From Cryomorphaceae bacterium (GTDB lineage Bacteria; Bacteroidota; Bacteroidia; Flavobacteriales; Schleiferiaceae): a stretch of DNA of 64,000 bases. Below are positions 20,301 through 29,533 of this stretch, in pieces (the stretch's first letter is position 1; every line of letters starts with the position of its first letter). The notes under the pieces were generated by a model that made no database searches, was not told where the DNA came from, and saw nothing but the letters and a program-made list of their open reading frames with translations. The DNA is taken from NCBI GenBank assembly GCA_024639785.1, contig JAHEGI010000021.1:69857-133856 (forward strand), written 5' to 3'. The translations under genes and the position numbers were made by a program.

Positions 20301-21649
20301 CCGAAATTGTCATCGGCCGTACGGGTGAAATGCGCATTGTAGATGCCAAAACAGGCATTTCGATTATGACCGCGAATATCCCTTATGGTTCGACCTTGAT
20401 GGTGAAGGGCGGATCGAAAGTGAAGAAGGGCGATGTCATTTGTACATGGGACCCATACAACGCGGTAATCATTTCTGAACACGCAGGTAAAATCGCGTAC
20501 CAGGATATCGTCCAAGGCGTTACCTATAAGGTTGAAATTGACGAACAAACTGGTTTCCAAGACAAGGTAATTTCTGAAAGCCGCAACAAGAAGCTGGTTC
20601 CCATGCTTCAAGTGGTGGATAAGAAAGGCAACGAAATCAAGCATTACACCTTGCCAGTAAGCGCTCACCTTATGGTGGACGAAGGCGAAGAAATCAAGGC
20701 GGGAAAGGTTTTGGTTAAGATTCCTCGTAAAGGAGCGAAAGCAGGTGACATCACCGGTGGTCTTCCTCGTGTGACGGAATTGTTTGAGGCACGAAATCCA
20801 TCGAATCCAGCCGTTGTTGCTGAGATCGACGGTACGGTTTCTTACGGTAAAATCAAGCGCGGTAACCGCGAAATCATGATCGAAAGCCGCACAGGAGAGC
20901 AACGTAAGTACTTGATCAATCTTTCCAAGCAAATCTTGGTTCAAGAGAATGACTTTGTACGTGCTGGTTCCCCATTGAGCGACGGAGCGATCACTCCTGC
21001 CGACATCTTGGCAATTCAAGGTCCTACGGCGGTTCAAGAATACCTCGTGAATGAAATTCAAGAAGTTTACCGACTCCAAGGGGTGAAAATCAACGACAAG
21101 CACTTCGAAGTGATTGTTCGTCAGATGATGCGCAAAGTGGAGATTGTAGACGGAGGCGATACCTCATTCCTTGAAGGACACCTTGAGCATACGATTGACT
21201 TTATCATTGAAAACGACCACGTATTCGACAAGAAGGTCGTGGAAGAAGCAGGTGATAGTGAGACTTTGAAGCCAGGTATGATGATTTCTTCACGCCGCTT
21301 GCGTGACGAGAATTCTTTGTTGAAGCGGGCGGATAAGGCCTTGGTGCAAGCGCGTGATGCGCATCCTGCTACGGCTAAGTTGATTTTGCAAGGAATTACA
21401 CGAGCTTCGTTGCAGACGAAGTCTTGGGTATCTGCAGCATCGTTCCAAGAGACAACCAAAGTATTGAACGAGGCCGCGATTGCTGCCAAAGTAGATACCT
21501 TGGATGGACTGAAGGAAAATGTCATTGTAGGTCACCGCATTCCTGCAGGTACCGGCCTCAAGCGCTACTACACTTCGGTAGTGGGCAGCAAGGACGAGTA
21601 CGAGCAAATGATGGCGAGCAAAGCAGTCGACGTAGAATCTGCGGAATAA
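17345..21649 (+). CDS. rpoC: DNA-directed RNA polymerase subunit beta'
   Basis: 1434 aa with the zinc-binding CACGKY..CDRCG segment and the [12 protein letters not shown] catalytic loop. Confidence 0.99.
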   Translation: MRKIEQQTSGSFNSITIGLASPEFLLERSSGEVLKPETINYRTHKPERDGLFCERIFGPVKDFECACGKYKRIRYKGIVCDRCGVEVTEKKVRRERIGHINLVVPVAHIWYFRSLPNKLGYLLGIPTKKLDMIIYYERYIVIQTGEAVDNEGNPFEHMQFLTEEEYLDAQDRLPMENQYMDDNDPNKFIAKMGAEALLMLLQRLDLDAMSYDLRDRANRETSQQRKQEALKRLQVVEAMRDANARLENKPEWMIIKVVPVIPPELRPLVPLDGGRFATSDLNDLYRRVIIRNNRLKRLLEIKAPEVILRNEKRMLQESVDSLFDNTRKASAVKTESNRPLKSLSDSLKGKQGRFRQNLLGKRVDYSARSVIVIGPDLKLHECGLPKDMAAELYKPFIVRKLIERGIVKTVKSAKKIIDKREAVVWDILENVMKGHPVLLNRAPTLHRLGIQSFQPKMIEGKAIQLHPLTCTAFNADFDGDQMAVHLPLGPAAILEAQILMLASHNILNPANGSPITVPSQDMVLGLYYMTKAKRNLPGDAVKGEGMTFYSAEEVNIAYNEKRVDLNAIVKVRTLVDGDQGDLIYKVIETSVGRVLFNQVVPKEVGFINELLTKKALREIIARILTRTDVPRTAKFLDDMKDLGYSNAFRGGLSFSLGDIQVPEIKTSLIDDANTEVEGILMNYNMGLITNNERYNQVIDVWTNANARLTQAAMNQLINDRQGFNPIYMMLDSGARGSKEQIRQLSGMRGLMAKPQKSGSAGGEIIENPIISNFKEGLSILEYFISTHGARKGLADTALKTADAGYLTRRLHDVAQDVIVNEDDCGTLRGLEIQALRKNEEVVETLKERIAGRVSLANVIDPLTGEVYIQAGEMISDLIAEKIDASPIETVEVRSPLTCESKRGICAKCYGRNLATAKGVQTGEAVGVIAAQSIGEPGTQLTLRTFHVGGTAGNVSEISSLTAKFDGILEFEEVRTVTSEVSGSEKSEIVIGRTGEMRIVDAKTGISIMTANIPYGSTLMVKGGSKVKKGDVICTWDPYNAVIISEHAGKIAYQDIVQGVTYKVEIDEQTGFQDKVISESRNKKLVPMLQVVDKKGNEIKHYTLPVSAHLMVDEGEEIKAGKVLVKIPRKGAKAGDITGGLPRVTELFEARNPSNPAVVAEIDGTVSYGKIKRGNREIMIESRTGEQRKYLINLSKQILVQENDFVRAGSPLSDGAITPADILAIQGPTAVQEYLVNEIQEVYRLQGVKINDKHFEVIVRQMMRKVEIVDGGDTSFLEGHLEHTIDFIIENDHVFDKKVVEEAGDSETLKPGMMISSRRLRDENSLLKRADKALVQARDAHPATAKLILQGITRASLQTKSWVSAASFQETTKVLNEAAIAAKVDTLDGLKENVIVGHRIPAGTGLKRYYTSVVGSKDEYEQMMASKAVDVESAE

Positions 21650-21659
21650 ACCGAAACGC

Positions 21660-21968
21660 ATGAGCACTGAAAATGAAAATCAATTGCAAATTGAACTTTC
21701 TCCAGAAATGGCGGAAGGGATTTATAGCAATCTGGCCGTCATCAATCACTCGCCATCAGAGTTTGTCTTGGACTTCATTCAATTGATGCCAGGACTGCCC
21801 AAAGCGCGTGTGAAGGCTCGTGTGATCTTGACTCCGCAGCATGCGAAGCGATTAATTCGTGCGATGGAAGAAAATGTGCAGCGATTTGAATCTGCGCATG
21901 GACCGATATCTGAAACGGAACAGCCTCATGTCCCCATTCAATTTGGTGGGCCGACAGGTCAAGCATAA
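21660..21968 (+). CDS. DUF3467-family protein (conserved downstream of rpoC in Bacteroidota)
   Basis: 102 aa; LSPEMAEGIYSNLAVINHSPSEFVLDFIQLMPG..ARVILTPQHAKRL matches my memory of DUF3467. Confidence 0.7.
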   Translation: MSTENENQLQIELSPEMAEGIYSNLAVINHSPSEFVLDFIQLMPGLPKARVKARVILTPQHAKRLIRAMEENVQRFESAHGPISETEQPHVPIQFGGPTGQA

Positions 21969-21972
21969 ATGG

Positions 21973-22001
21973 AAAAGCCGCCCCTTGGGGCGGCTTTTTT
22001 C
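21973..22001 (+). terminator. Intrinsic terminator closing the rpoBC operon
   Basis: GC-rich stem agccgcc..ggcggct flanked by aaaa and tttttt. Confidence 0.85.
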
Positions 22002-22080
22002 TTGAAAAACCTTTTCTTTTTACTATCCTTACTTCTAAAGCTCAGAGAACGTCTAACGGGTTGCGAGCCTTGGATAGCGT

Positions 22081-22311
22081 CTATTTGTGGTCAAAGAAGC
22101 CATCGAGAATGAGGGCTATCCCGCGTACGGCGAAGGCCGCTGCAGAAAACATCATGAGGACGATAAAAGCCGTCCAACCCCAGGCACCTTCACGCAAGGC
22201 GGGCGCGCCCACCCAATAATAGAAGGCAGGTCCTGCAAATAAGAATGGGAATGCGATCGCGAGAAAGGTGAGTCCTTTCACGAGTTTTTCTTTGTTGGAG
22301 GAGGGTCTCAT
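22081..22311 (-). CDS. Small two-TM membrane protein (76 aa), hypothetical
   Basis: The internal ATG at 22311 forms an ATGA overlap with the stop of the upstream aminotransferase. Two hydrophobic helices are predicted. Confidence 0.55.
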   Translation of the reverse strand: MRPSSNKEKLVKGLTFLAIAFPFLFAGPAFYYWVGAPALREGAWGWTAFIVLMMFSAAAFAVRGIALILDGFFDHK

Positions 22312-23495
22312 AAGAGCGGATGGATTTCTTCTTGAATAAGGTGGCACGCATGCGCCAATTCGTTGGGCTCGATACATAAAGGGGGAGCGAGTCGGAGCGA
22401 TTTGTTTTCAAATAAAAACCAGTCGGTGAGGAGCCCTTTTTGAATTAATGCTTGCTGCACCGAAACAACCTGCTCAAATGAAGTGAGCGGTAAGGACAAT
22501 AACAGGCCTTGCCCGGATAGTTCGCCTGTCATGGAAAGGCCGCTCAAGGATTCTCGGAGGAAATTTCCCTTCTCCCGAACATCATGGATCCATGATTCCC
22601 TAAGAAGTACTTGAAATGCAGCGTGTCCCGCCGCACAACTCACGGGATGCCCTCCAAATGTGGTGAGGTGCCCCAGCATGGGGTTTTCGGCGAGACTTTG
22701 CATCTTCTCCTTAGAGGCGATGAAGGCGCCTAAGGGCATGCCACCGCCAAGTGCTTTACCCAAGCAAAGGATATCGGGGACAAGGCCCACGCCCTGATGG
22801 GCAAAGAGATGACCACAACGACCAAATCCGGTTTGAATTTCATCCACAATGAGTAGGATATCCAAAGCGCGACAGCGCGCTTGCAATGCCGTCAGAAATG
22901 CAGGAGGGGTAACTTTATATCCGGACTCAGCTTGCACAACCTCCACGATAACGGCAGCTGTCCGATGGCTTAGCTGATCAAGGGCAGCCTCATCCGCCCA
23001 AGGCAGAATCCGGTGGTCCGGTAGCAGTGGTCGGTAGGCGCGCTTAAAAGTTTCATCCCCCATTGCAGATAAGGCGCCTTGGGTAGAGCCATGGTAGCTC
23101 CCTTGAAAAGAGCAAATTTCTGTTCGCCCTGTCCAGCGTTTGGCCAATTTCATCGCGCCTTCAATGGCTTCTGCGCCTGAATTTCCCCAATAAACACAAT
23201 CTAAGGAAGGGTCTAGCTGGGAACATAGGTCGCGGGCATAAGCGACTTGAGGTTGTTGGACATATTCTCCGTAGACCATGAGGTGCATATAGCGCTCTGC
23301 TTGGTCTTTTACGGCCCGGACCACCTCAGGATGGCTATGGCCGATATTGGAAACGCCAATTCCCGATATAAAGTCCATGTACGACGTGCCATCTGGGGCA
23401 TAGAGGTAGATGCCTTCAGCTCGGTTGAATTCCAAAGCGAGGGGTGACGTAGTCGTTGGGGCTAAATGACGAAGAAATAATTGGCGCAAGTCCAT
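22308..23495 (-). CDS. Class-III PLP-dependent aminotransferase (acetylornithine/GABA aminotransferase family)
   Basis: 395 aa with LIVDEIQTGFGRCGHLFA and a GKALGGG segment holding the PLP-binding Lys. Confidence 0.85.
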   Translation of the reverse strand: MDLRQLFLRHLAPTTTSPLALEFNRAEGIYLYAPDGTSYMDFISGIGVSNIGHSHPEVVRAVKDQAERYMHLMVYGEYVQQPQVAYARDLCSQLDPSLDCVYWGNSGAEAIEGAMKLAKRWTGRTEICSFQGSYHGSTQGALSAMGDETFKRAYRPLLPDHRILPWADEAALDQLSHRTAAVIVEVVQAESGYKVTPPAFLTALQARCRALDILLIVDEIQTGFGRCGHLFAHQGVGLVPDILCLGKALGGGMPLGAFIASKEKMQSLAENPMLGHLTTFGGHPVSCAAGHAAFQVLLRESWIHDVREKGNFLRESLSGLSMTGELSGQGLLLSLPLTSFEQVVSVQQALIQKGLLTDWFLFENKSLRLAPPLCIEPNELAHACHLIQEEIHPLL

Positions 23496-23499
23496 GGGT

Positions 23500-23507
23500 C
23501 AAAGGTA
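23500..23507 (-). promoter_or_regulatory. -7 box TACCTTTG, 4 nt upstream of the aminotransferase ATG (leaderless geometry)
   Basis: The minus strand reads TACCTTTG-accc-ATG. Confidence 0.5.
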
Positions 23508-23575
23508 GCAAAGCCCCAAGGGAGATGATACCTTGACGCCTGTTCAGGTTGGCCCCGAATATGAGATGGGTTGTG

Positions 23576-24127
23576 CTAGAAGAGCATTCCACTCGGCGGG
23601 GGAGGCCCTGCCGGGCGACGCCCTCCTGGAGGCGGTCCATTAGGCCGGCTATTTTGTGGTCCCCCATTCGGTCTAGATTCCCGAAGTCGGTCATTCAATC
23701 GCCGTTGAAACTCCCGCTCTGCATGGTAGTATGCCAAAACTTTGTGCGCTGGTAGGACAGCCAAAAACTTCTTCTGGTATTTTTTGCGAATAGCTTCGCG
23801 TTTTTCAGCTATCTCTTCCATGGCTTTGAGGATGGATAAGGCCTCTTCATCTGTCCAACGTGCGGGCTTTGATGGATCCTTTCGGATTTTGACCATGGGG
23901 TCTTTATCGATGGCGCGGAGTTCCGCATGAAAGGCTTCATACAAAGGCCAAAATACTTTTGCTTCTTCGGAGCTAAGCTCGGCCTCTTTGGTGATAAAGG
24001 CAATTTTCGCAGCCTCAATCCGATCTCGTTTGGATGCTTCGGATTCTCTATTTCTAGAATGTTCTTGGGCCCATCCATGCGGGGTTAATGTGAGCAGAAA
24101 GGCGAGGCTGTAGAGGAAATGTTTCAT
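23576..24127 (-). CDS. Secreted alpha-helical protein with Pro/Gly-rich C-terminal tail (tentatively Spy/CpxP-like periplasmic protein)
   Basis: 183 aa with a signal peptide (MKHFLYSLAFLLTLTPHGWA), charged helical repeats and the tail GGPQNSRPNGPPPGGRRPAGPPPPSG. Third gene of the ECF sigma operon. Confidence 0.6.
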   Translation of the reverse strand: MKHFLYSLAFLLTLTPHGWAQEHSRNRESEASKRDRIEAAKIAFITKEAELSSEEAKVFWPLYEAFHAELRAIDKDPMVKIRKDPSKPARWTDEEALSILKAMEEIAEKREAIRKKYQKKFLAVLPAHKVLAYYHAEREFQRRLNDRLRESRPNGGPQNSRPNGPPPGGRRPAGPPPPSGMLF

Positions 24128-24128
24128 A

Positions 24129-24473
24129 TTAAATATTTAAATCATTGATAAATTCATCAATGGAGGCATTGTCCAATAGTTGACTGGCATCCTCCAGAGT
24201 CAACTCAACTACACCGGATTGGTAGGCATCCCATGCGAGATCTTCCGTGATTTCGACTTCATGATTCGGCGCTTTCGTCAGACCGTTGAATATAAAAACT
24301 CCCAAGACAAGGACCGCCGCGATGGAGCCAGCCCAATAGTATATCGACCGAAGGAATGTGGGTCGGTCTTTGGTTGTCTCTTTAGCCGTTAACATGTGCT
24401 TCACCAGATCTTGGTGGGCCTTGTCGGGGATTTGAATGCCGTCTTTAGAATTCATCTTATTCATTAGATTCAA
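24129..24473 (-). CDS. Putative single-pass anti-sigma factor
   Basis: 114 aa with one central TM (YYWAGSIAAVLVLGVFIF), immediately downstream of and overlapping an ECF sigma gene. The start is ambiguous, with ATGs at 24473, 24464 and 24455. Confidence 0.5.
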   Translation of the reverse strand: MNLMNKMNSKDGIQIPDKAHQDLVKHMLTAKETTKDRPTFLRSIYYWAGSIAAVLVLGVFIFNGLTKAPNHEVEITEDLAWDAYQSGVVELTLEDASQLLDNASIDEFINDLNI

Positions 24474-25020
24474 AAGTGTATTCGGAGTTTAATCGGCTCA
24501 TTTCTAATTTTATTCGTTCCACCGCATGGTGATAATTTGCCTTGAGGCCACCGACGCTCGTGCTGAGGATTTCTGAGATTTCGGCATACGGTTTTTCATC
24601 AAAATAACGTAATTGAAAAGTGAGCCGCTGTTTTTCTGGCAGCATTGAAAGGGCTTGGTAGAGTGCCTTGAGAATTTCATCCGCTTCAAAATAAGGGCTG
24701 TCGGGCTGGCCTATTTGAAGGTCTTCCAATGCTACATGTTGGCGATTTGATTTTCGTAAAGAGGCTAATGCTTCATTGACCACGATACGGTAGGCCCATG
24801 TGCTGAATTTGCTCCTGCCTTGAAATGCGGGTAAGCCTTTCCAAATTTTAATAGATGCTTCTTGAACAACGTCTTGAGCCTGTGCATGGTCCAAAACAAT
24901 GCGCACGGCGGTCCGATAGAAATCTGAAGCGTGTTGCGTGGCAAGCAATGAAAAAGCCTGGTCATAGGCTTTCGCTGACCAGGCTTCGTGAATAGCTATT
25001 TCGTGGGTCTCGGGCATCAT
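24457..25020 (-). CDS. ECF-type RNA polymerase sigma-70 factor
   Basis: 187 aa with region 2 (DVVQEASIKIWKGLPAF) and region 4 (LPEKQRLTFQLRYFDEKPYAEISEIL). Confidence 0.88.
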   Translation of the reverse strand: MMPETHEIAIHEAWSAKAYDQAFSLLATQHASDFYRTAVRIVLDHAQAQDVVQEASIKIWKGLPAFQGRSKFSTWAYRIVVNEALASLRKSNRQHVALEDLQIGQPDSPYFEADEILKALYQALSMLPEKQRLTFQLRYFDEKPYAEISEILSTSVGGLKANYHHAVERIKLEMSRLNSEYTFESNE

Positions 25021-25048
25021 GGTTTAGATGGTTCCGAGCGCGAATGGT

Positions 25049-25999
25049 TTAACGATTCATGACGCGTTTTACCGCCGCCACAATATTTGCGGCATCCAAA
25101 CCGTATTTCGTCAATAGTTGGGCTGGTGTGCCGCTCTCTCCAAAGCTGTCGTTTACCGCGACCATTTCTATCGGGCTTGGGAGGTGCATGCCTAAGGCCT
25201 GAGCAATAGAATCACCCAATCCGCCATGGCGTTGATGCTCTTCAGCTGTGACGACCCGTCCGGTTTTACCTACAGAAGCCAATAGACTTTCGAGGTCAAG
25301 TGGCTTGATGGTGGCGAAGTTGATCACTTCGGCATGGATTCCTTCAGCTTCAAGGGCGTTAGCTGCTTCTAGGGCTTCCCAAACTAGATGGCCATTCGCA
25401 CAAATCGTCACATCATTTCCTTGGGTGAGGATATCCGCTTTGCCAATGACAAAAGGTGCATTGGATGGCGTGAAGTTGGGCACTTTTGGTCGGCCAAAAC
25501 GCAAGTACACTGGGCCATCATGTTCTGCAATGGCGATCGTCGCTGCCTTGGTTTGATTATAGTCACAGGGAGAAATAACCGTCATGCCAGGAAGCATTTT
25601 CATCAAACCGATGTCTTCGAGAATCTGGTGTGTAGCGCCATCTTCACCGAGGGTCAATCCTGCGTGTGAAGCACAAATTTTTACATTCTTTCCCGAGTAG
25701 GCAACGCTTTGACGAATTTGATCATAGACGCGCCCAGTGGAGAAATTAGCAAAGGTTCCCGTAAAGGGAATTTTCCCTCCAATGGTTAGGCCGGCAGCCA
25801 TGCCAATCATGTGGGCTTCGGCAATGCCTGTTTGGAAAAAGCGGTCTGGGAATTCAGCGGCGAAAGCATCCATTTTTAAGGAGCCTGTTAGGTCCGCGCA
25901 CAAGGCGACCACATTGGGATTACTTTGGCCTAGTTCGAGCAATCCAGCGCCAAAACCGGAGCGGGTGTCTTTACTTCCTGAGTCTGTGTACGGGTGCAT
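25049..25999 (-). CDS. Transketolase, C-terminal (pyrimidine-binding) subunit
   Basis: 316 aa; FFQTGIAEAHMIGMAAGL is typical of the split-Tkt C-terminal half. Confidence 0.9.
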   Translation of the reverse strand: MHPYTDSGSKDTRSGFGAGLLELGQSNPNVVALCADLTGSLKMDAFAAEFPDRFFQTGIAEAHMIGMAAGLTIGGKIPFTGTFANFSTGRVYDQIRQSVAYSGKNVKICASHAGLTLGEDGATHQILEDIGLMKMLPGMTVISPCDYNQTKAATIAIAEHDGPVYLRFGRPKVPNFTPSNAPFVIGKADILTQGNDVTICANGHLVWEALEAANALEAEGIHAEVINFATIKPLDLESLLASVGKTGRVVTAEEHQRHGGLGDSIAQALGMHLPSPIEMVAVNDSFGESGTPAQLLTKYGLDAANIVAAVKRVMNR

Positions 26000-26008
26000 G
26001 GGATAGAA

Positions 26009-27406
26009 TTAAGGGATGCGCACCAAGGTGGAACTCCCTGGTGAAACGGTGAAACTGTGGGTTTTGGAATAGGTGGTTTGCTGAGCGCTGCGGGGACGAA
26101 AAATCACCTTGTAGCTGCCCGGCTGAAGGGAAAATTGTTGGCGCGTTTGGAATTCATCCAAATGGGTCACCCAAATCCAATCGGATCCGTCCATGGCAAA
26201 AATGGCACCGAATCCGGGCGATTTTAATTGGATCATAACCTCGCCGGCCGGGGGGATTGTGATTTCTTGGGTCCCGCCTTTTTTGAGGTTGATCACTTGG
26301 TGAATTCGTGGCAAGGTCAATATGTCGAGCACATAGGTGCCAGCGATATAGGAAACCGTACTGTTAAAGGCCTGAACATGGAGTATTTCTTCGCTATGTC
26401 CTTTTTCGCGCACCACCGCAACTGGAGGGGTCTGAGATGGCTTGAGCCCTGGGACGGTCAATTTTAGCTTTCCTTGGACGACATCGGCGGCCATGTGATT
26501 GTGCGTGCCTGCGTACATCGGTGTCGCTCGGATGGGGCGCGGGGGGATCGTGTAAACGGTGCCTTCGTAGGTCACGATGGGATCGACCAAGAGGGTGTCT
26601 GGTTGATTGTTGTAATTCATCGTATGGATGACACTGCGGTCGACCAAGCCACTGGTGGCATTGCGCAGCACGATGGGCAAGTTGGTGCCTGAAGGTTGGT
26701 TGTTCTCGTCAATGAGATTAATCTGACCCGTCGTGTTGTCCAAGGCTTGGGTAATGATCACGCCTAGGGCTTTTTTAAATGTCCCTTCATCGCTGGCATC
26801 ATAGTAGGTGCCCACACAGTCAAAGGTTTTGATGAGATCCTTGTCCAGACCCACACCGATGACGAAGGGCTTGAGCACACGGCCTTTTTTCTGAAGAATG
26901 GCGGATGCTTCGCAAGGATCTTCGTCACATGCCTCGACGCCATCCGTGATCAAGATGATGATATCCCGGCAATGCCCCGTGGGACAATCGCGGGGAAAGT
27001 CATTATCCGCTCGGAGAATGGACCGAGCGATCGGGGTGGTGCCCATGGGGCGCAAGCCGCGGATAACTTGCTTGATTCGGCCCAAATTATTGTCTGAAAA
27101 GCCCACTTCCAACTTGGTGTCATTGCAATCTTGGGGGGGCACCGGCTTTTGATGCCCATAGACGCGCAAGGCGAGTTGGAAATTCGGATTGGGAACCTGT
27201 GCGAGGCTGTCCAACATGGTCGACATTAAGCGTTGGGCAATTTCCATTTTCGTCCCTTGCTCCCAACGCCCATACATGGAATTGGAGGCATCCAGGACAA
27301 AAAGTATGCGGCTGGTGGAAACTTCGGATTCATTTAAATCCGTCTGCGCTCGTCCCGCCAAAGGGAAGAGCAAGAGGGCCCAGAGGGCAAGTTTCCAGCG
27401 AAACAT
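26009..27406 (-). CDS. Secreted von Willebrand factor A domain protein with a beta-rich C-terminal domain of about 250 aa
   Basis: 465 aa with a signal peptide and MIDAS elements (LDASNSM, GTTP, ITDG). Its start overlaps the tktN stop by 1 nt (TAATG), and its stop lies 9 nt before the tktC ATG. Confidence 0.8.
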   Translation of the reverse strand: MFRWKLALWALLLFPLAGRAQTDLNESEVSTSRILFVLDASNSMYGRWEQGTKMEIAQRLMSTMLDSLAQVPNPNFQLALRVYGHQKPVPPQDCNDTKLEVGFSDNNLGRIKQVIRGLRPMGTTPIARSILRADNDFPRDCPTGHCRDIIILITDGVEACDEDPCEASAILQKKGRVLKPFVIGVGLDKDLIKTFDCVGTYYDASDEGTFKKALGVIITQALDNTTGQINLIDENNQPSGTNLPIVLRNATSGLVDRSVIHTMNYNNQPDTLLVDPIVTYEGTVYTIPPRPIRATPMYAGTHNHMAADVVQGKLKLTVPGLKPSQTPPVAVVREKGHSEEILHVQAFNSTVSYIAGTYVLDILTLPRIHQVINLKKGGTQEITIPPAGEVMIQLKSPGFGAIFAMDGSDWIWVTHLDEFQTRQQFSLQPGSYKVIFRPRSAQQTTYSKTHSFTVSPGSSTLVRIP

Positions 27407-28254
27407 TAGGCGGGGTAGTCGCCTAGGGTTTCAGGCAATTGGGCCAAGGCAGATGCGAGTTGCTCATCGCTTGGGGCAATGCCATGCCATTTATGCGTGC
27501 CGGCCATGAAATCCACGCCGAAGCCCATGGAAGTGTGCATCACGACACACACCGGTTTCCCTTTTCCAGACAGCGCGATCGCCTGGCGCAATCCGCTTCG
27601 AACAGCTTCTAGGTTATTGCCTTCTTGAATGTGCATTACCTCCCAGCCAAAGGCAACAAATTTGCTTCCAATGTCTCCCATAGGCATGACATCGTCGGTT
27701 GAGCCATCAATTTGTTGGCCGTTTGCATCGATGGTGCTAATTAGGTTATCCACTTTTTTGGCGCCTGCATACAAGGCCGCTTCCCAGATTTGTCCTTCTT
27801 GCAATTCACCATCTCCGTGAAGGGTGAAGACTAAGCGATCATCTCCGACAAGTTTTTTGGCTTGAGCCGCGCCCACCGCCACACTGAGTCCTTGTCCAAG
27901 TGAACCAGAAGCAATGCGCACGCCAGGAAGCCCTTCATGCGTCGTGGGATGTCCTTGCAGACGACTGTTTAACTTCCGGAAGGTGTGGAGCTCGTCGATC
28001 GAAAAATAGCCACTCCGCGCTAAAACCGAATAAAATACCGGGCTAATGTGTCCATTGGAGAGGAAGAAGAGATCCTCTCCCGTGCCATCCATGTTAAACG
28101 GACTCGCCTGATGGCGCAAAATATCAAAGTACAAGGCGACAAAAAACTCGGTGCAACCCATGGATCCACCTGGGTGACCGGATTGTACGGCGTGAACCAT
28201 GCGAAGAATATCGCGTCGAACTTGAGCGGGGAGGTCGTGGATAGAGGGGGTCAT
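27406..28254 (-). CDS. Transketolase, N-terminal (TPP-binding) subunit
   Basis: 282 aa; GHPGGSMG, SNGH and GDGELQEG are typical of the Tkt N-terminal half. Confidence 0.9.
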   Translation of the reverse strand: MTPSIHDLPAQVRRDILRMVHAVQSGHPGGSMGCTEFFVALYFDILRHQASPFNMDGTGEDLFFLSNGHISPVFYSVLARSGYFSIDELHTFRKLNSRLQGHPTTHEGLPGVRIASGSLGQGLSVAVGAAQAKKLVGDDRLVFTLHGDGELQEGQIWEAALYAGAKKVDNLISTIDANGQQIDGSTDDVMPMGDIGSKFVAFGWEVMHIQEGNNLEAVRSGLRQAIALSGKGKPVCVVMHTSMGFGVDFMAGTHKWHGIAPSDEQLASALAQLPETLGDYPA

Positions 28255-28282
28255 GGGGGAGACATTAGGGTTTTACCGTAGA

Positions 28283-28290
28283 CAAAAGTA
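28283..28290 (-). promoter_or_regulatory. Candidate -7 box TACTTTTG for the tktN-vWA-tktC operon
   Basis: Exact TAnnTTTG on the minus strand, 28 nt upstream of the tktN ATG and back-to-back with the ychF box. Confidence 0.4.
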
Positions 28291-28305
28291 AGGTCTTTCT
28301 AGGAC

Positions 28306-28313
28306 TACCTTTG
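28306..28313 (+). promoter_or_regulatory. Candidate -7 box TACCTTTG for ychF
   Basis: Exact TAnnTTTG 17 nt upstream of the ychF ATG. Confidence 0.4.
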
Positions 28314-28330
28314 CCCGAAATTCCTCGAAT

Positions 28331-29422
28331 ATGAAGTGCGGCATCGTTGGCCTACCGAATGTGGGCAAATCCACCCTGTTTAACTGCTTGAGCAATGCAA
28401 AGGCCCAAGCGGCTAATTTTCCGTTTTGTACGATTGAGCCCAACATCGGCACGGTGAACGTGCCTGATCCGAGACTTCAGGCGTTGGAAGCTATTGTCAA
28501 TCCAGAGCGCGTTGTTCCTGCAACAGTTGAGATTGTGGACATTGCCGGCTTGGTTAAAGGCGCTAGCAAAGGAGAAGGTTTGGGCAACATGTTCTTAGGC
28601 AATATTCGCGAATGCCATGCCATTTTGCATGTCTTGCGTTGCTTCGACAATCCAAACATTGTTCATGTGGACGGCAGCATCAATCCGCTGCGAGATAAAG
28701 AGACCATTGATTTTGAATTACAATTGAAGGATCTGGAATCTTTGGAAAAGCGCATCGATAAAGTCCGTAAATCTGCCAAAACGGGAGCCAAAGAAGCGGT
28801 CCGCGAAGTGGAAATGGCCGATCGCCTCAAAAAGCATTTGGAGCAAGGGAAGTCAGTCCGCGGTTTCGAACGCTCGGAGGAGGAAAATGCTTGGATTGAA
28901 GATTATCAATTACTCACCGACAAGCCCGTGCTCTACGTGTGCAATGTCGATGAAGTAGCCGCCAAAGAAGGCAATGACTATGTGCGTCAAGTCGAAGCTA
29001 TGGCCGCGGAAGAGGGTGCGGGGGTCATGCATTTGGCCGTTGCGACGGAATCGGACATCATCGAACTGGAAAGCTATGAAGAGCGCCAAATGTTCTTAGA
29101 TGATCTGGGCCTCGAAGAGCCCGGTGTGAATCGCATCATCCGTGCAGCCTATGAACTGCTCAAGTTGCAGACCTATTTTACCGCAGGCGTGAAAGAGGTG
29201 CGTGCGTGGACCATCGAACAGGGCTTCACTGCCCCGCAAGCGGCGGGCGTCATCCATAGCGACTTTGAAAAGGGATTTATTCGTGCGGAAGTCATTGCGT
29301 ACCAAGACTATACACATTACAAGTCAGAGGCCGCCGTGAAAGAGGCAGGTAAGATGCGCGTGGAAGGAAAAGAATACCGAGTCAAAGACGGGGATGTGAT
29401 GCATTTCCGCTTTAACGTCTAA
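28331..29422 (+). CDS. ychF: Ribosome-binding ATPase YchF
   Basis: 363 aa; [18 protein letters not shown] and the C-terminal TGS-like segment [13 protein letters not shown]. Confidence 0.95.
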   Translation: MKCGIVGLPNVGKSTLFNCLSNAKAQAANFPFCTIEPNIGTVNVPDPRLQALEAIVNPERVVPATVEIVDIAGLVKGASKGEGLGNMFLGNIRECHAILHVLRCFDNPNIVHVDGSINPLRDKETIDFELQLKDLESLEKRIDKVRKSAKTGAKEAVREVEMADRLKKHLEQGKSVRGFERSEEENAWIEDYQLLTDKPVLYVCNVDEVAAKEGNDYVRQVEAMAAEEGAGVMHLAVATESDIIELESYEERQMFLDDLGLEEPGVNRIIRAAYELLKLQTYFTAGVKEVRAWTIEQGFTAPQAAGVIHSDFEKGFIRAEVIAYQDYTHYKSEAAVKEAGKMRVEGKEYRVKDGDVMHFRFNV

Positions 29423-29533
29423 ACCTAGGCTCTCAAAGGGAAAAATTGTTAAAAACTTCCCTTCAGAGTGGATTAAAACTGGGCTTTTTGGCCGTGATTT
29501 CAGGGAGGTATTGTGTAGATTCGCACCTTACCC

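Noticed and set aside
13506-21649. Long antisense and alternative-frame ORFs inside rpoB and rpoC (for example 15755..16399, 18920..19609 and 20168..21103, up to 311 aa)
   Set aside because: They lie entirely within genes whose sense frames carry unmistakable RNA polymerase motifs. Their products are low-complexity with no recognisable motifs. Long antisense ORFs are an expected by-product of codon bias in highly expressed genes.
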